Shown here in pieces: positions 61,156 through 64,000 of a stretch of DNA of 64,000 bases. Source of the stretch: Gammaproteobacteria bacterium (lineage in GTDB: Bacteria > Pseudomonadota > Gammaproteobacteria > Eutrophobiales > Eutrophobiaceae); contig OZ220696.1 of assembly GCA_965116495.1 (NCBI GenBank), forward strand, positions 928,001-992,000. Reading direction: 5' to 3'. The notes under the pieces were generated by a model, which saw nothing but the letters and a program-made list of their open reading frames with translations, was not told the DNA's origin and made no database searches. Every line of letters begins with the position of its first letter. The stretch's first letter is position 1. The translations under genes and the position numbers were made by a program.

Positions 61156-62424
61156 ATGCGTACCGAATTCACCCCCGCACAACTGACCGACCCCGGACTG
61201 CACGAGGCCAACAGCATCCTGCGTAAATGTGTGCATTGCGGTTTCTGCAACTCCACCTGCCCTACCTTCAAACTGCTTGGCGATGAACTGGACGGGCCCC
61301 GCGGCCGCATCTACCTGCTGAAAAACATGATGGAGCACGATGAAACACCTTCCGGGAAAATAGTCAGCCACATCGACCGGTGCCTGTCCTGCCTGTCCTG
61401 CATGACCACCTGCCCCTCCAGCGTCAATTACATGCACCTGGTCGATGCAGGGCGCAGCTATATCGAAAAAAAATTCAGGCGCCCGCTCCGGGATCGGCTG
61501 TTCCGGCGCCTGCTGGCAGCGACCCTGCCCTATCCGGCCCGGTTCCGGTTGCTGCTGTTCTTCTCCATGTTGCTCCTGCCCGTCAGGCGCCTGCTGCCTC
61601 GGCGCTTCCATGGCGCACTGAAACTCCGGCCGCCGGCAACCCGGAACAAGGCAATTAAAGAGGACAGGGACCAGGCCAGGACCGGAAAAGCCGTGGGCCT
61701 TGTCGCCGGTTGCGTGCAGCAGGTAATCGGCAAGGATATCAATTCTGCCAGTATCCGCCTGCTGGAGCGCCGGGGCTGGCGCGTCCACCTGCTGCAGCAA
61801 CCGGCCTGCTGCGGCGCAGTCGAACACCACCTGGGCAAACAGGCCCTGGCGGAAAAGCGCTTCCGGCAAAACATCACCGATTGGATACAACACGTTGACG
61901 AACACGGACTCGAGGTCTTGATCGTCAATGCCTCCGGTTGCGGCACCATGCTCAAGGACTACGGCCACATCTTTCGCAACGATGAATCCCTGGCTGCTGC
62001 TGCCGGTAAAATCAGCGGCATGACCCGGGATGTAGTGGAATTTTTATCCGAACACCATGACGTGACCGAAAACGGCGAAATGGAGCAGGTCCGTGTCGCC
62101 TACCAGAGTCCCTGCTCCATGCAACACGGCCAGAAAATCGACTCACAACCGCTGACCCTGTTGCAGCAAGCCGGCTTCAAGGTGCAGGAACTGCCGGAAA
62201 AATACATGTGCTGCGGCTCGGCCGGCACCTATAATATCCTGCAACCGGCGATCGCCGCTGAACTGGGAGAAAGAAAAGCGGTCTATATTGAACAGGCAAA
62301 CGTAGACGTCGTAGCCAGCGGCAACATGGCCTGCATGATGCACCTGCGGCAATTCACCGATGTCCCCTTTGTACATACGGCAGAACTGCTCGACTGGGCC
62401 TCAGGCGGCCCCAAGCCGTTTTAA
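61156..62424 (+). CDS. glcF: Glycolate oxidase Fe-S subunit
   Basis: CVHCGFCNSTCPT, CLSCLSCMTTCPS, two CCG domains. Confidence 0.93.
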   Translation: MRTEFTPAQLTDPGLHEANSILRKCVHCGFCNSTCPTFKLLGDELDGPRGRIYLLKNMMEHDETPSGKIVSHIDRCLSCLSCMTTCPSSVNYMHLVDAGRSYIEKKFRRPLRDRLFRRLLAATLPYPARFRLLLFFSMLLLPVRRLLPRRFHGALKLRPPATRNKAIKEDRDQARTGKAVGLVAGCVQQVIGKDINSASIRLLERRGWRVHLLQQPACCGAVEHHLGKQALAEKRFRQNITDWIQHVDEHGLEVLIVNASGCGTMLKDYGHIFRNDESLAAAAGKISGMTRDVVEFLSEHHDVTENGEMEQVRVAYQSPCSMQHGQKIDSQPLTLLQQAGFKVQELPEKYMCCGSAGTYNILQPAIAAELGERKAVYIEQANVDVVASGNMACMMHLRQFTDVPFVHTAELLDWASGGPKPF

Positions 62425-62457
62425 AACTGCAAACCATATAACAACCAGGAGTGGATC

Positions 62458-63072
62458 ATGAACAACCCGGTAAACATCACCGTCTTCCGCTGGGCCGGCG
62501 CCTGGGGCCCGTTCAAGGTCAATATCCCCTGTGGGGAATGCGCCTTGACCAAGGACATTATCCAGGACTGTATGGATACGGACCTGGCAGGAATAGATGT
62601 CGAACTCGACATGCGCGACTGGCTCACGGAATGGTGGAAGCCCCTGCCCAAGGGAGGCTGGCATGCCCCGATTGTGCTGGTTAACGACAGGATCATATCC
62701 CAGGGAGCGGCCTTGAACCGGGGCGTACTGACCCAGTCAGTCATTGAGGAAGCAACGGGCAACTCACCGATACAGGGTAACCACGCATACGGCAAGGCCA
62801 CCTGCCCGCACTGCGTGCGCGCCAAGGGATACCTGGAACAGGCAGGTGTTGACTACCGCTACCACGACGTGGTCAAGGACCCCCGGGCGCTGTATGAAAT
62901 GCTGGCGCGGGTAAAACCGATCATCGGCCCCAAAACCCCGGTCACCGTACCGCAGATCTGGCTGGACGGCAGCTACGTAGGCGGCGCGGACGAGTTGAAA
63001 CGCATCCTTGACCTGCCCGAGGTGGAACCGAACCCGGACCGGGGGCAGTGTTCCCTGTCCCCCGCCCGTTGA
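62458..63072 (+). CDS. Two-domain thioredoxin-like/glutaredoxin protein
   Basis: IPCGEC and CPHC...TVPQIW...YVGG. Confidence 0.8.
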   Translation: MNNPVNITVFRWAGAWGPFKVNIPCGECALTKDIIQDCMDTDLAGIDVELDMRDWLTEWWKPLPKGGWHAPIVLVNDRIISQGAALNRGVLTQSVIEEATGNSPIQGNHAYGKATCPHCVRAKGYLEQAGVDYRYHDVVKDPRALYEMLARVKPIIGPKTPVTVPQIWLDGSYVGGADELKRILDLPEVEPNPDRGQCSLSPAR

Positions 63073-63104
63073 AGGTTAACAGGCTGGTTGAGCCGGAAAA
63101 ATCA

Positions 63105-63290
63105 ATGAGTAAGTCACACCGGCCCGTCGTAGCTGATGACGATAATCCCGGCCTGTTCCAGGCTGTCTGCAAGTTTGTTCCCATGATTGCCGCTTACTCC
63201 TTTCGCCACCTGACGGTGGGCGCCCTGGTCCGGAACAAGTTGAGGAGGCTCGAAGCAAGAGGCGAGAAATGGATCATAGAAGAGGAGTAG
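63105..63290 (+). CDS. Small hypothetical protein
   Basis: 61-aa ORF filling the gap; ends 10 nt before next start. Confidence 0.4.
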   Translation: MSKSHRPVVADDDNPGLFQAVCKFVPMIAAYSFRHLTVGALVRNKLRRLEARGEKWIIEEE

Positions 63291-63300
63291 GACTGACTGG

Positions 63301-64000
63301 ATGAAACTCCATTCAATAGCGCCTGAAGAAGCGACTGTCGGCTACCGGAACCCGCCCGCATCCGGGAATGCAATCAACGGCCTGGGGGAAAAGGAATTCA
63401 GGCGCGCCAGTTACATATTTCATTCCAACGGGAAATCCGGCCCCCTGCCCTTTGACAAAATGCAGGAGGTGTTCAGGTACAGCAATCCCGCCAGGATGCT
63501 GCCGCTGATCATCCAGGCTGCCTGGGCAACATTCAGGCCCCAGGGGAAACTCAGCGACAAGAGACTGAACGTGACGGATGCTGAGAAAATGACCCGGGAG
63601 ATAAAGGAAAAAGCGCAGGAACTCGGCGCCGGTGTTGTCGGGATCTGCGAAATGAAAGACGAGTACCTGGTTGAAGGAGAAAAAAGCAAATACCGTTTTG
63701 CCATAGCACTCGGGCTGCCCATGGACAGGGAAAAAATGCTGCATGTGCCGGGGCATACCAGCGCCATGGAAGTCCAGAGAGTATATATAAAGGCCTCTTA
63801 CCTGACGGTTGACCTGGCCCGGCACATCCGCTCGCTGGGCTGGCCTGCACAGGGTCTGCCGGTTAACAGCAGCAGTGAATACCTGCACATTCCCATCGCC
63901 ATCGCCGCCGGTATCGGCGAACTGGGTAAGCATGGCTCACTCATCTGCAAGGAATACGGTTCCAATTTCAGGCTCACCACGGTTGTGACCGACCTGCCAC
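63301..64000 (+). CDS. Reductive dehalogenase-like/QueG-family protein; 3' end outside window
   Basis: Manual translation: SGNAING...IKEKAQELGAGVVGI...HIRSLGWPA...PIAIAAGIGELGKHGSLI..YGSNFRLTTVVTDLP. Confidence 0.8.
   Translation, partial: MKLHSIAPEEATVGYRNPPASGNAINGLGEKEFRRASYIFHSNGKSGPLPFDKMQEVFRYSNPARMLPLIIQAAWATFRPQGKLSDKRLNVTDAEKMTREIKEKAQELGAGVVGICEMKDEYLVEGEKSKYRFAIALGLPMDREKMLHVPGHTSAMEVQRVYIKASYLTVDLARHIRSLGWPAQGLPVNSSSEYLHIPIAIAAGIGELGKHGSLICKEYGSNFRLTTVVTDLP

Overview
Bacterial chromosomal window, probably from a GC-rich gammaproteobacterium (inferred from gene content). No rRNA, tRNA or CRISPR array was seen. 1-31 kb is catabolic: a TonB receptor/amidohydrolase cluster, methylamine-assimilation genes mgsABC-gmaS, an acetylene-hydratase-family molybdopterin enzyme with a class III aminotransferase, an oxalyl-CoA synthetase/PanE2 pair and a Rieske oxygenase. 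31-52 kb is an accessory region rich in toxin-antitoxin modules, small palindromic elements and gene remnants, several of which keep both ends but lost the middle (qNor, P450, sulfatase). It holds the best novelty candidate: an intact, translationally coupled four-gene operon (46.4-51.0 kb) encoding a coiled-coil membrane protein, an exported vWA-like protein, a MotA/ZorA-like subunit with a long tail and a MotB/ZorB-like subunit lacking an OmpA domain, with no recognisable Zorya effectors. A second candidate is a pair of QueG/RdhA-like paralogues plus a small protein (37.2-39.3 kb). 52-64 kb carries icmF-liuR, glcDEF and a partial reductive-dehalogenase-like gene. All calls come from motif recognition by eye; no searches were run.
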